Shown piece by piece: positions 39,281-48,361 of a DNA stretch of 64,000 nucleotides. This DNA comes from Blastopirellula marina DSM 3645. Lineage in GTDB: Bacteria > Planctomycetota > Planctomycetia > Pirellulales > Pirellulaceae. Position numbers and translations under genes: made by a program. Location of the stretch: NCBI RefSeq assembly GCF_000153105.1, contig NZ_CH672376.1, positions 2,499,136 through 2,563,135 of the forward strand. Reading direction: 5' to 3'. The notes under the pieces are model-generated. The model was not told the DNA's origin, made no database searches, and saw only the letters and a program-made list of their open reading frames with translations. The number at the start of each line of letters is the position of its first letter. The stretch's first letter is position 1.

Positions 39281-39297
39281 TTGAGACCTGTTCTCAA
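39281..39297. promoter_or_regulatory. palindromic candidate operator TTGAGA-N5-TCTCAA upstream of the PepSY-TM gene
   Basis: Perfect 6-bp inverted repeat ~25-40 nt upstream of the start codon. Confidence 0.35.
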
Positions 39298-39318
39298 TAA
39301 ACCGCCCGTCTCTCTGAG

Positions 39319-39987
39319 TTGTCGATGCCAGAAACAGCCGAAATCCTGCAGAAAAAGCGGCTTCTCCAAGAGCGTCGTCGCCAAAGCCGCGCCTACTGGA
39401 ACAAGGCGATGCGCAAATGGCATTGGATCAGTTCCGCGATTTGCTTGGTTGGCATGATCGTGTTTGCGGTTACCGGTATCACGCTGAACCATGCCGCACA
39501 GATCTCGTCCGAGCCGCAGGTCGTCAACCAAACGGCCGAGGTTCCTGGAAAGCTGATGGACATTTTGCGTCAGCAGCCGGAGGAAGGAGACCATCTTTTG
39601 CCGGTCGAAGTGACCCGCTGGCTGCGCCGTGAATTGGCGGTTTCCACTCCGCCGAAGCCGGCCGAGTGGACCGAAGATGACGTCTATCTTTCGATGCAAG
39701 GGCCCGGCGTCGACGCTTGGTTGAGCATCGATCGAGAGAGCGGTGAAGTTGAGTTTGAGCAAACGTCGCGCGGCTGGATCGCTTATTTCAATGATCTGCA
39801 CAAGGGACGCCATACCGGGACGGCCTGGAGTTGGTTTCTTGACATCTTTGCAATTGCAACGCTCGTCTTTTGCCTGACCGGGCTTTACTTGCTGTACTTC
39901 CATGCTCAGCAGCGGCGGATGACCTGGCCGTTGGTTGGGCTCGGATTTGTGCTGCCGCTGTTGATCGCGATGTTTCTGATGCATTGA
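39319..39987 (+). CDS. PepSY-associated TM helix domain protein
   Basis: Several TM helices; [25 protein letters not shown] pattern; ATG at 39325 is the likely true start. Confidence 0.6.
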   Translation: MSMPETAEILQKKRLLQERRRQSRAYWNKAMRKWHWISSAICLVGMIVFAVTGITLNHAAQISSEPQVVNQTAEVPGKLMDILRQQPEEGDHLLPVEVTRWLRRELAVSTPPKPAEWTEDDVYLSMQGPGVDAWLSIDRESGEVEFEQTSRGWIAYFNDLHKGRHTGTAWSWFLDIFAIATLVFCLTGLYLLYFHAQQRRMTWPLVGLGFVLPLLIAMFLMH

Positions 39988-40039
39988 CCTTTGCGTTGAT
40001 TTTTCCTTTTCGCCTACGATCCCATTACGTGAGTCGCTT

Positions 40040-40582
40040 ATGAACAAAAATCGTCTCTTTGGCGCTTGTGTCGCCGTGACGTTATCGCTGCTTGGTAACG
40101 GCGTTATCCTGGCCGCGGAAGCAGCGGAAAAGCTCGAGGTCACCGTCGAAATTCCACAGCTCAACGTCGGCGGCTATCACCGCCCCTATGTCGCGGTTTG
40201 GGTTCAGGACGCCGACGCCAAAGTCGTCCAGAACGTCGCCGTTTGGTATCAGTTGAAGGGAAAGAAAAAAGGCTCAGGCACCAAGTGGTTGCCTGACCTG
40301 CGACAGTGGTGGCGGCGCTCTGGTCGTGAGTTGGAGATGCCGGTCGACGGAATTTCGGGGGCGACGCGCCCGGTTGGCAAGCACGAACTAACGATCGACA
40401 GCAAAGCCGCGTTGGCCCAATTGAAACCCGGGCAGTACGCATTGGTGGTCGAAGCGGCCCGCGAGCATGGTGGTCGCGAGTTGGTAAAAGTGCCGTTCTC
40501 CTGGCCGGCGACCGCCGAGCAGTCGTACGCTGTGAGCGGAGAAAAAGAGTTGGGCGAAGTGACGCTGACGGTTCGCCCCTGA
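40040..40582 (+). CDS. DUF2271 domain protein (secreted)
   Basis: Signal peptide; GYHRPYVAVWVQDADAKVV pattern; known neighbour of PepSY-TM and DUF4198. Confidence 0.6.
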   Translation: MNKNRLFGACVAVTLSLLGNGVILAAEAAEKLEVTVEIPQLNVGGYHRPYVAVWVQDADAKVVQNVAVWYQLKGKKKGSGTKWLPDLRQWWRRSGRELEMPVDGISGATRPVGKHELTIDSKAALAQLKPGQYALVVEAAREHGGRELVKVPFSWPATAEQSYAVSGEKELGEVTLTVRP

Positions 40583-40624
40583 TCCAGCCTGCCCTATTTT
40601 TATTAGATTTGACCGATCAAGGAG

Positions 40625-41437
40625 ATGCTTGTGCTACGTTCGACTTTGACTTCGCTGTTATTCGTCAGCTTGTTTTCGCTAACCGCAGTGGCGCATAACG
40701 TTTGGCTATTGCCGTCGCAGACGGTGTTGTCGGGAGAAGATCCCTGGATCACGGTCGATGCGGCCGTCTCCAACGATCTATTCTATTTCAATCACTTTCC
40801 GCTGTCGCTCGACAACCTGCAAATTGTCGCCCCCGATGGCGCGCAAGTCGAAGCAGCGAATCAAGCGACCGGTAAGTATCGGAGCGTGTTCGACCTGCAG
40901 TTGCAGCAGCAAGGAACGTATCGAATCGCCGTATTGAATCATGGGCTTTTCGGAAGTTGGAACGAAAACGGAGAGTCGCGTCGTTGGCGCGGTACGCCTG
41001 AGTCGTTTGCGAAAGAAGTGCCGTCAGACGCGCAAGACCTGCGCGTTTCGGAAAGCGTCGGACGCGTCGAGACGTTCGTCACCAACGGCGCTCCCAACGA
41101 GGTGGCTTTGAAACCGACCGGTAAAGGAATCGAGTTGATTGCAGTCACCCATCCGAACGATCTTTTCGCTGGCGAAAAGAGCCGCTTTCGCTTCCTGGTC
41201 GACGGCAAGCCCGCCGCAGGGCTGAAGGTCCAAGTGATTCGCGGGGAAACGCGTTATCGCAACTCTCCGGAAGCGACTCATCTTACGACCGATGCCGAAG
41301 GGGAATTTAGCGTTACGTGGGACGAGCCCGGCATGTACTGGTTAGAAACGTCGACCCAAGATGAGAAGACGACAATTCCCCAAGCGCAAAGTCGTCGTTT
41401 GAGCTATGCCGCGACATTGGAGGTGTTGCCGCAGTAG
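40625..41437 (+). CDS. DUF4198 domain protein (periplasmic, metal-uptake associated)
   Basis: Signal peptide plus AHNVWLLP start typical of DUF4198. Confidence 0.6.
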   Translation: MLVLRSTLTSLLFVSLFSLTAVAHNVWLLPSQTVLSGEDPWITVDAAVSNDLFYFNHFPLSLDNLQIVAPDGAQVEAANQATGKYRSVFDLQLQQQGTYRIAVLNHGLFGSWNENGESRRWRGTPESFAKEVPSDAQDLRVSESVGRVETFVTNGAPNEVALKPTGKGIELIAVTHPNDLFAGEKSRFRFLVDGKPAAGLKVQVIRGETRYRNSPEATHLTTDAEGEFSVTWDEPGMYWLETSTQDEKTTIPQAQSRRLSYAATLEVLPQ

Positions 41438-41680
41438 TCGGAACTGGACGAATAAAATTGAACTAGGTTTGGGCTTTCTCAGGGAGAGCCCAAACCAACC
41501 GGGATGAAATTGGCCGACCCGGTTTTCATGCTGATCGAGGCGCCATTGATGACCAACCGTTACCGCAACTGAGCCGTGAAGCGAAAACGGAAAGCGACAT
41601 GGTCACGACCCAGCGTTTGCATCGGCGGCTTTCCTCTTCCGGTGGTCCGGTGTACCCGACTCCTTCGGCTTAAATGCCTT

Positions 41681-42373
41681 TCAATGTCCCGCTCCCATCG
41701 CCTGCTCGATCGCCTGACGCGGCGCGCCAATTCCCACCGTGACCACTTCTCCCAGATAAGGCTTTGCAGCTTCCGCCGTGAAGCCGATCTTGGGTGCTAC
41801 GAATGTCACCGTTACCGTCGCTTCGACCGTCGGATCGCCCGGCGTGCCGGTATCGCAGTCCAAGCCGCTTGGCAGATCGATCGCCATGCGTTGGGCGTTG
41901 CTGCGATTGATCGCGCGGATCACGCGATCCATGGGGGCACGCGGGTTCCCTTTGATACCGGTCCCCAGCAACGCGTCGACAATCCAATCGGCATCCAGTA
42001 GCAACCGATGGAGCGTCTCGTCCGTCACGTCGGCGGGGATGATCTCTAGCGGCAACTCGCTTTTCCGCACGATGTTCAGTTGAATCGCCGCGTCGCCGGT
42101 GATCTCTTCGGCCGGGCAAAAGAGCAATGTTTGGGTCGGTATCCCCAACAGGTCCAAATGCCGGGCCATCGCCAGCCCGTCGCCGCCGTTATTCCCTTTT
42201 CCACAGCAGATGCGGACGCATTGGGCCGTGCGCGCGGCTAGAATATCAACGCACCCCCGAGCGGCGTTTTCCATGAGAACGACGCCGGGAACGCCATATT
42301 GCTCGATCGCAATCTGGTCGACGGCGCGAACCTGCTGCCGGGTGATTTGCGAAAAACCGGTAGGTTTGGGCAT
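41681..42373 (-). CDS. NAD(P)H-hydrate epimerase (YjeF N-terminal domain)
   Basis: CGKGNNGGDGLAMARHL motif. Confidence 0.75.
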   Translation of the reverse strand: MPKPTGFSQITRQQVRAVDQIAIEQYGVPGVVLMENAARGCVDILAARTAQCVRICCGKGNNGGDGLAMARHLDLLGIPTQTLLFCPAEEITGDAAIQLNIVRKSELPLEIIPADVTDETLHRLLLDADWIVDALLGTGIKGNPRAPMDRVIRAINRSNAQRMAIDLPSGLDCDTGTPGDPTVEATVTVTFVAPKIGFTAEAAKPYLGEVVTVGIGAPRQAIEQAMGAGH

Positions 42374-42474
42374 AATAATTCGGTCGGTTTGGCGTATTCG
42401 AGAAAAAGCCCCGTCCCGTATGATAAGACAAACCCCCCGTGCTGGGAAATCGATCCCGAAGGAGCCGCACTACG

Positions 42475-42711
42475 ATGCCGCTGTTTGAATATGTCTGCAC
42501 TCAGTGCAATTGCGAGTTTGAGACGTTGGTTCGCGGCGAGGAAACTCCTGCGTGCCCCCAGTGCGGCGCGACCAAGCTCGAAAAGGCATGGAGCGTGCCG
42601 GCCGCGCATAGCGGCGGATCTTCGCAAAGCTTGCCGATGGCGGCTCCGCCGAGTTCCTTTGGCGGCTGCGGCGCTCCGCAGTGTGGCGGCGGCGGCTGCC
42701 ATCGTGATTAG
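42475..42711 (+). CDS. FmdB-family zinc-ribbon protein
   Basis: FEYVCTQCNCEFE...CPQCG CxxC pairs; GAAGGAG Shine-Dalgarno. Confidence 0.6.
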   Translation: MPLFEYVCTQCNCEFETLVRGEETPACPQCGATKLEKAWSVPAAHSGGSSQSLPMAAPPSSFGGCGAPQCGGGGCHRD

Positions 42712-42774
42712 TTGATTCGGTTTCCGCATCCCGCCCCCCTACCCTTCCGCTATCTCCAGACAGGTTCGCCCACG

Positions 42775-44103
42775 ATGACCTTCCGAAATCGATTGGTCGC
42801 TACGACGTTGTTCGCACTGACCTTCTGCTCTCCGGCTTGGGCTGGCGATTCGTGGCCCCAGTTTCGCGGCGCATCAGGAGACGGCGTCAGCGAAGCGACC
42901 AATGTACCGCTGAAGTGGTCGGAAGCAGAGAACGTCGCGTGGAAAACGCCGATCGAAGGCAAAGGGTGGTCATCGCCGGTTCTCGCCAACGGCAAGCTAT
43001 GGCTGACCACCGCGATCACGACAGAGGCCTCTAAAGAAGCGTTTGAAAAAAAACTGAAGGGGAAACCAAAGTTCCAACAGATGACCAGCGAATTGGCGGC
43101 GTCGATTCAGTTGCGTGCGATTGAAATTGACTACGCCACTGGGGAGATCGGCAAGCAGGTCGACCTGTTCTACATCGAAGATCCGGATCCAATTCATTCG
43201 ACCAACAGCTACGCATCGCCGACTCCGGTGTTGGAAGGGGACCGTTTGTATTGCCACTTCGGCACTTACGGCACGTGCTGTGTCGATACGATCACAGGAA
43301 AACTCGTCTGGAAGAATCAACTGCCGCTGCAACACAATGTGGGGCCCGGCAGTTCGCCGGTGCTGCATGACGGAGTGATGATCTTGACGTGTGACGGCGC
43401 CGACCAGCAATACGTTTGCGGACTCAACGCGACCACCGGCGAACAGATGTGGAAGACCGATCGTCCCCCGCATCGCAAAGAAGATGGCGACATGCAAAAG
43501 GCGTACGCGACGCCGCTGGTCGTCACCTGGGAGGGGCGGACAATGGCGATCGTCCCCGGCGCCCAGTGGGACTGCGCCTACGATCCGCTCTCGGGCGAAG
43601 AACTGTGGCGCGTCGATCACGGCGACGGGTTTTCGAACGTGCCGCGACCTGTCTTCAAGGATGGAATTGTCTATATCTGCACCGGCTTTACCCGCGCCGA
43701 ACTGTGGGCGATGAGCGTCGAGGGACTCGGCGACGTGACCGATTCGCACGTCGGCTGGACCATGAACAAACAAGTGCCGACCAAGCCCTCTCCCGTCCTG
43801 TGGAAGAATTTGTTGTTCATGGTTTCGGACCGCGGCATTGCGACCTGCGTTGATACCGAAAATGGCGAAACCGTCTGGACCGAACGTCTCGGCGGCAACT
43901 ATTCGGCTTCGCCGGCGATCGCCGAAGAGCGGATCTACTTTTGCAACGAAGAAGGCAAAACGATCGTCGTTGCGCCAGAACGAGAATTCAAAGTGCTCGC
44001 CGAAAGCCAAATCGCCGGCCAAATCATGGCGAGCCCGCTGTTGTTAGACGGTGCGATTGTGCTGCGGACCGAAAACAGCTTGTATCGGATTGGGAAGAAG
44101 TAG
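42775..44103 (+). CDS. PQQ-like beta-propeller repeat protein (secreted)
   Basis: Signal peptide; repeated G.L...D..TG...W blocks. Confidence 0.7.
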   Translation: MTFRNRLVATTLFALTFCSPAWAGDSWPQFRGASGDGVSEATNVPLKWSEAENVAWKTPIEGKGWSSPVLANGKLWLTTAITTEASKEAFEKKLKGKPKFQQMTSELAASIQLRAIEIDYATGEIGKQVDLFYIEDPDPIHSTNSYASPTPVLEGDRLYCHFGTYGTCCVDTITGKLVWKNQLPLQHNVGPGSSPVLHDGVMILTCDGADQQYVCGLNATTGEQMWKTDRPPHRKEDGDMQKAYATPLVVTWEGRTMAIVPGAQWDCAYDPLSGEELWRVDHGDGFSNVPRPVFKDGIVYICTGFTRAELWAMSVEGLGDVTDSHVGWTMNKQVPTKPSPVLWKNLLFMVSDRGIATCVDTENGETVWTERLGGNYSASPAIAEERIYFCNEEGKTIVVAPEREFKVLAESQIAGQIMASPLLLDGAIVLRTENSLYRIGKK

Positions 44104-44295
44104 AAGAAAAGCGGAAACGGGAAAGCGGATGTAGGTCAAGCCTTTGGCCTGACGATATTCGGCACGAAATTTACGCCGCGCAACGAGCCCGTTTTCACGC
44201 TTTTTTCCGAATGGCGTCCGATACAAGAGGATGCTGAACATCTTTGGGCGTCCAGTCTGAGCTAACAAAGCAGGTCGTTCTCAATTCGACTTTGC

Positions 44296-44796
44296 TCAGA
44301 TGTCCCCTTCGCGGTAGCCCGGATAGCCACCACCGCCGGGACCATAACCAGCTCCGGGTCCGCCTCCGCCGGGTCCATATCCTCCGCCGCCGGCGGGACC
44401 GTAGGGTTGGGGAAAGCCGCCAAAATTGTTGTTGAAGGTCGGACCCAAGCCTTGATAGGGTGCGCCCCACAATTGATACGGGACCGAGTAGGGGCGATAC
44501 GGATGCAACCATTCGCCGTAAGGTCGAACCGGTCGGCCCCATTCTTGGACGATGTGATAGTTGTCGACGCTGCCGCCGCTGCCGATTCGGCTGCGGAACT
44601 GGCGATAACCAGAGCTCATATAGCTGGGGTTGTACGGTTGATTCACGGCCGGGTCGGGCGAGTACTGCGCAACGCGATCCCCTGTTTCCTGACTATGGCT
44701 ATAGAAGCTGGGAGAGGTCAGCCAATCTTGCGCATAGCTGGAGGATACGGCGGCAAATATCAAGCACAGGCCGGCGATAACGCGGCTTACGTTCAT
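44296..44796 (-). CDS. secreted Gly/Pro/Tyr-rich low-complexity protein
   Basis: Signal peptide; C-terminal GPAGGGGYGPGGGGPGAGYGPGGGGYPGY and PY-rich repeats. Confidence 0.45.
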   Translation of the reverse strand: MNVSRVIAGLCLIFAAVSSSYAQDWLTSPSFYSHSQETGDRVAQYSPDPAVNQPYNPSYMSSGYRQFRSRIGSGGSVDNYHIVQEWGRPVRPYGEWLHPYRPYSVPYQLWGAPYQGLGPTFNNNFGGFPQPYGPAGGGGYGPGGGGPGAGYGPGGGGYPGYREGDI

Positions 44797-44936
44797 TTTT
44801 CGAACAGGGAGTTCGGCGCATCGCCGCGCGCGTCCGTTACGACTTGCGGCGATCAAATCAGAGAGCCGCCGCTTCATTTGCGACGGCATACGGCATGACG
44901 AAATTCGCCATGCAGAACTGGGGGGTAACTTCCAGT

Positions 44937-45701
44937 CTAGTCAGCGATTTGCAAATCCCAAGACTTCATTCGGTCAAGATACGCACTCTCGGTCAAATTA
45001 AAGTGGAGCGGAGTGAGGGTGATATCCCCCTTCTCCAGCGCCGAGAGATCGGTTTCTTCCGAGCCATGTTCGGGCTTGGGATCGCCGGTGGACCAGTAAT
45101 AGTCGCGTCCACGGGGGTCTTTTCGCTTGATAAAATGTTCGCCGTAGCGGGCCAAGCCCATCGGTACAACCTGCACAATCGATTTTTTCCGCAGTGCGGC
45201 GGTCGGGAAATTAAGGTTGAACAACTGGGCCGGCTCCCCTTTTTGAGCCAAAATTTTCTCGATAATCTCGCGGCCCTTGAGCGCGGCGACGTCAAACTGC
45301 GGGTTTTCGTCCCATTCCAACGAGACGGCGACGCTGGTGATGCCGAAAAACGCGCCTTCGATCGCGGCGGCGACTGTGCCTGAGTAGAGGACGTTGATCC
45401 CGGCGTTCAGCCCGCCGTTGATGCCGCTGACGATCAAATCAGGCCGTTTTTTGCAAAACTCGAAAACGCCGATCTTCACGCAGTCGGCCGGGCTCCCTTC
45501 GACTGCGTAACCCCGATGCCGATCGCCATCGTACGCTTCTTTGCAGACCAGCGGGCTGAGAAAGGTGATGGAGTGCCCGACGCCGCTTTGTTCGGTCGCG
45601 GGCGCGACCACGGTGACATTTCCCAGTTTTTGCAGTTGGCGCTCCATCGCGGCCAATCCGGGGGCGTAAATTCCGTCGTCATTCGTCAGCAAGATTTCCA
45701 T
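44937..45701 (-). CDS. surE: 5'/3'-nucleotidase SurE
   Basis: MEILLTNDDGIYAPGL ... SGINGGLNAG, SurE signature. Confidence 0.85.
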   Translation of the reverse strand: MEILLTNDDGIYAPGLAAMERQLQKLGNVTVVAPATEQSGVGHSITFLSPLVCKEAYDGDRHRGYAVEGSPADCVKIGVFEFCKKRPDLIVSGINGGLNAGINVLYSGTVAAAIEGAFFGITSVAVSLEWDENPQFDVAALKGREIIEKILAQKGEPAQLFNLNFPTAALRKKSIVQVVPMGLARYGEHFIKRKDPRGRDYYWSTGDPKPEHGSEETDLSALEKGDITLTPLHFNLTESAYLDRMKSWDLQIAD

Positions 45702-45878
45702 CGTTCCATCCAATAGAGCGCAGGGGGGGCTGATTGAGCGCAGCAAAGATGCGGTTCGATCTTCATGCTAGGCGGCGCCGCGACAGGGGTAAACCGGGGA
45801 AGAACCAACGAAGAGCCGCGTTGGGCAATCTTCATCAATCGCGCCTTTCCGCAGTAGGAAGCCGGCCGAAGAGCTAGT

Positions 45879-45906
45879 TTGCAGCATTTGGCGATCGCGA
45901 TATAAT
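45879..45906 (+). promoter_or_regulatory. sigma70-like promoter for guaA (TTGCAG-16-TATAAT)
   Basis: Consensus -10 TATAAT with a 4/6 -35 at 16-bp spacing, ~65 nt upstream of the ATG. Confidence 0.4.
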
Positions 45907-45921
45907 ACGCGGTTTCCTTCA

Positions 45922-45955
45922 CCCGCCGGTTTCTGGGCGGGCTTTTTCGTTTTCC
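45922..45955 (+). terminator. terminator-like hairpin in the guaA 5' leader (candidate attenuator)
   Basis: CCCGCC-ggtttct-GGGCGGG followed by CTTTTTCGTTTTCC, between the predicted promoter and the start codon. Confidence 0.4.
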
Positions 45956-45970
45956 GGTTTCGACGGAAGG

Positions 45971-47560
45971 ATGACGATGACGGCTCCTGCGCCTGATCAC
46001 AACTCTGACGCCTCTCGCATCTCTGACGAAAAGATACTCGTCCTCGACTTTGGTTCGCAGTACGCCCAGCTGATTGCTCGCCGCGTACGAGAGCAAAACG
46101 TCTATTGCGAAATCGTTCGGCACGACATCTCAGTCGAGCGGATCGCGGCGCATAACCCGCGCGGCATTATTCTTTCTGGCGGGCCCTCCAGCGTTTATGA
46201 AGAAGGAGCGCCGCAATGCGATCCCGGCATCTTCGCGATGGGGATTCCGGTGCTCGGCATCTGCTACGGCATGCAACTGATCTGCCAGGCGTTTGGCGGC
46301 CAGGTGAAGAACACGTCGCAGCGTGAATATGGTCACGCCAAGATTAGCATCTCTCCGAACGAAGATCTGTTTGGAGGCTTGCCGAGCGAGACCGACGTTT
46401 GGATGAGTCACGGCGATCAGGTCACGAACGTGACCGAATCGTTTGAGCCGTTGGCCAGCACGTCGACCTGTCCGATCGCCGCGATGCGACACAAAGAACT
46501 GCCGCTTTACGCGATGCAGTTTCATCCCGAAGTGACCCACACGCCGCTGGGATTTCAGATTCTCCGCAACTTTGTCATCTCGGTCTGCGATTGCGAAGGA
46601 CTTTGGAAACTGCACGACTTCGCCCAGCAGACGATCGCCGAAATTCGCGAGCGTGTCGGCGACAATCGCGTGATCTGCGGCCTCTCAGGCGGCGTTGATT
46701 CGGCGGTGGTCGCGGCCCTGCTCTATCAAGCGATTGGCCCGCAATTGTCCTGCATCTTGGTCGACAACGGCCTGTTGCGGAAGCAAGAAGCCGAGTCGGT
46801 CATCGCCGAGTTTACCAAGCATTTCAAGACCGACTTGCATGTGGTCGACGCGAAAGACCAGTTCCTGAAAGAGCTGGCCGGGATCACCGAACCGCAAGAG
46901 AAACGTCGCCGCATCGGCTATCAATTTGTCGAATGCTTCAAGGCTGAAGCGCTCAAGATCAAAGACGCCAAGTTTTTGGCGCAAGGGACCCTTTATCCCG
47001 ACGTGATTGAAAGCGGCGCTGCTCTTGATGGCCCGGCCGCGACGATCAAGTTGCACCACAATGTCGGCGGATTGCCGAAAGAGCTCGGCTTCGAGCTGAT
47101 CGAGCCGCTGCGTGATTTGTTCAAAGACGAAGTCCGCAAGCTGGGGTTGGAGTTGGGTCTGCCGGAAGATCTGGTCTGGCGACACCCGTTCCCCGGTCCC
47201 GGTCTGGCGGTTCGCTGCTTGAGCGACATCACCGAAGAAAAACTGTCCGTGCTGCGTGAGGCCGACTCGATCGTCGTCAGCGAGATCAAAGCCGCCGGCC
47301 TCTATCGCCAAACGTCGCAAGCATTCGCCGTGCTGTTGCCGGTGCAGAGCGTCGGCGTGATGGGAGACGCACGCACCTATGAAAATGCAGTCGCCGTCCG
47401 TTGCGTCAACACCGATGACTTTATGACCGCAACCTGGAGCTACCTGCCGTACGAAGTGCTGGCCCGGATCTCGACGCGAATCATCAACGAAGTCAAAGGG
47501 GTCAATCGCGTCTGTTACGACATCAGCACAAAACCGCCGGCGACGATCGAGTGGGAATAA
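45971..47560 (+). CDS. guaA: GMP synthase (glutamine-hydrolysing)
   Basis: GATase (GICYGMQ), ATP-PPase SGGVDSAV motif and C-terminal dimerisation domain. Confidence 0.95.
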   Translation: MTMTAPAPDHNSDASRISDEKILVLDFGSQYAQLIARRVREQNVYCEIVRHDISVERIAAHNPRGIILSGGPSSVYEEGAPQCDPGIFAMGIPVLGICYGMQLICQAFGGQVKNTSQREYGHAKISISPNEDLFGGLPSETDVWMSHGDQVTNVTESFEPLASTSTCPIAAMRHKELPLYAMQFHPEVTHTPLGFQILRNFVISVCDCEGLWKLHDFAQQTIAEIRERVGDNRVICGLSGGVDSAVVAALLYQAIGPQLSCILVDNGLLRKQEAESVIAEFTKHFKTDLHVVDAKDQFLKELAGITEPQEKRRRIGYQFVECFKAEALKIKDAKFLAQGTLYPDVIESGAALDGPAATIKLHHNVGGLPKELGFELIEPLRDLFKDEVRKLGLELGLPEDLVWRHPFPGPGLAVRCLSDITEEKLSVLREADSIVVSEIKAAGLYRQTSQAFAVLLPVQSVGVMGDARTYENAVAVRCVNTDDFMTATWSYLPYEVLARISTRIINEVKGVNRVCYDISTKPPATIEWE

Positions 47561-47719
47561 CGCCCTTCCAAGAGAAACGCCGCGCCGGGAATGACAGCTT
47601 TGGCTGTATGGCCTTACAATAGAACTCGGGCGATTTTGAAGTTTCGCTATTTGGTTGAAGAAAAAAACGCAGCGAAGCTACGGATGAAGAGCGGGTAAAC
47701 CACGGTCGGAATCAAGTCG

Positions 47720-47753
47720 AACACCGTAACACTAGCCCGCAGCGCCAGCGAGG
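47720..47753. repeat. second copy of the AACAC-N6-ACTAGCCCGC-AGCGCCAGCGAGG motif
   Basis: Matches 10483-10518. Confidence 0.4.
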
Positions 47754-47816
47754 GAATCCGGCTGGCCACTTCAATCCGTGTGGGTATCGCTAAGCCGAAA
47801 ACAGCCCGAGCCGCGA

Positions 47817-47879
47817 GCCGAGGGAATGCGGTTGGGTGCTTCAAGCCGGGGTCGAAGCTTGGGGCCAAATTCCCTCGGC
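47817..47879. repeat. 63-nt hairpin with a perfect 11-bp stem (GCCGAGGGAAT...ATTCCCTCGGC) enclosing an inner GCTTC/GAAGC hairpin; second unit of an imperfect tandem repeat (unit 1 at 47749-47778)
   Basis: Inverted repeats read directly from the sequence; CGAGGGAATnCGGnTGG...CTTCAAnCCG is repeated. Confidence 0.4.
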
Positions 47880-48361
47880 TTGTACCTCAAGCTACGATGA
47901 AATGAAGCTCAATCGCTGCCGAATGTGCCACCACAAAACTGGCGCCGCGGGATCGTGTCCAAGCGGCGACCAGGGGCCGTTGCTGGCTCGTCCGGCAACG
48001 CAGAAAGCCGACAGCGCAAAAAAACAGGCGCGACTGTTGGGAACAGTCGCGCCCATGAACGGGATCATCGCTCGTATTACAGTCTCAACAGGCGGGGCGA
48101 GCTGGTGGGTGCTCGAAGTCGAGGCCGCTAACGATCGCGTGGAGTTAAGATAAGAGTCTTTGCCCGAACTAATGTTCGTTGGCATCATGATATCACGCTA
48201 TTCCGATCTCACAACCCTTAATTCGCTCCTTAGGGAAGCTATCTGCGTGTCGATAAACAGCGGGCAGATCGATTGCTTAAAATCGCGATAATCGGTTGCG
48301 ATTCTACATTACCCGCATCACCACTAAACGCTAGCTACGAAAGACGTTAGAGAGTTCCTGC

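Noticed and set aside
42997-44022. 341-aa minus-strand ORF
   Set aside because: Antisense to the PQQ beta-propeller gene, which has a signal peptide and repeat structure
47836-48153. 105-aa GTG-initiated ORF in the 47.6-48.4 kb gap (contains CxxC..C)
   Set aside because: Spans a perfect 11-bp-stem, 63-nt hairpin and tandem repeats, which fits RNA or repeat structure better than coding; no SD
47561-48361. Possibility that the gene-free gap encodes RNase P RNA, tmRNA, SRP RNA or a tRNA
   Set aside because: Looked for P4 (AGGAAAGTCCGG), the SRP GGAAGGAAGCAGCCA, and the tRNA/tmRNA T-loop GGTTCGAATCC on both strands and found none; only a loose GGGUAAACC similarity
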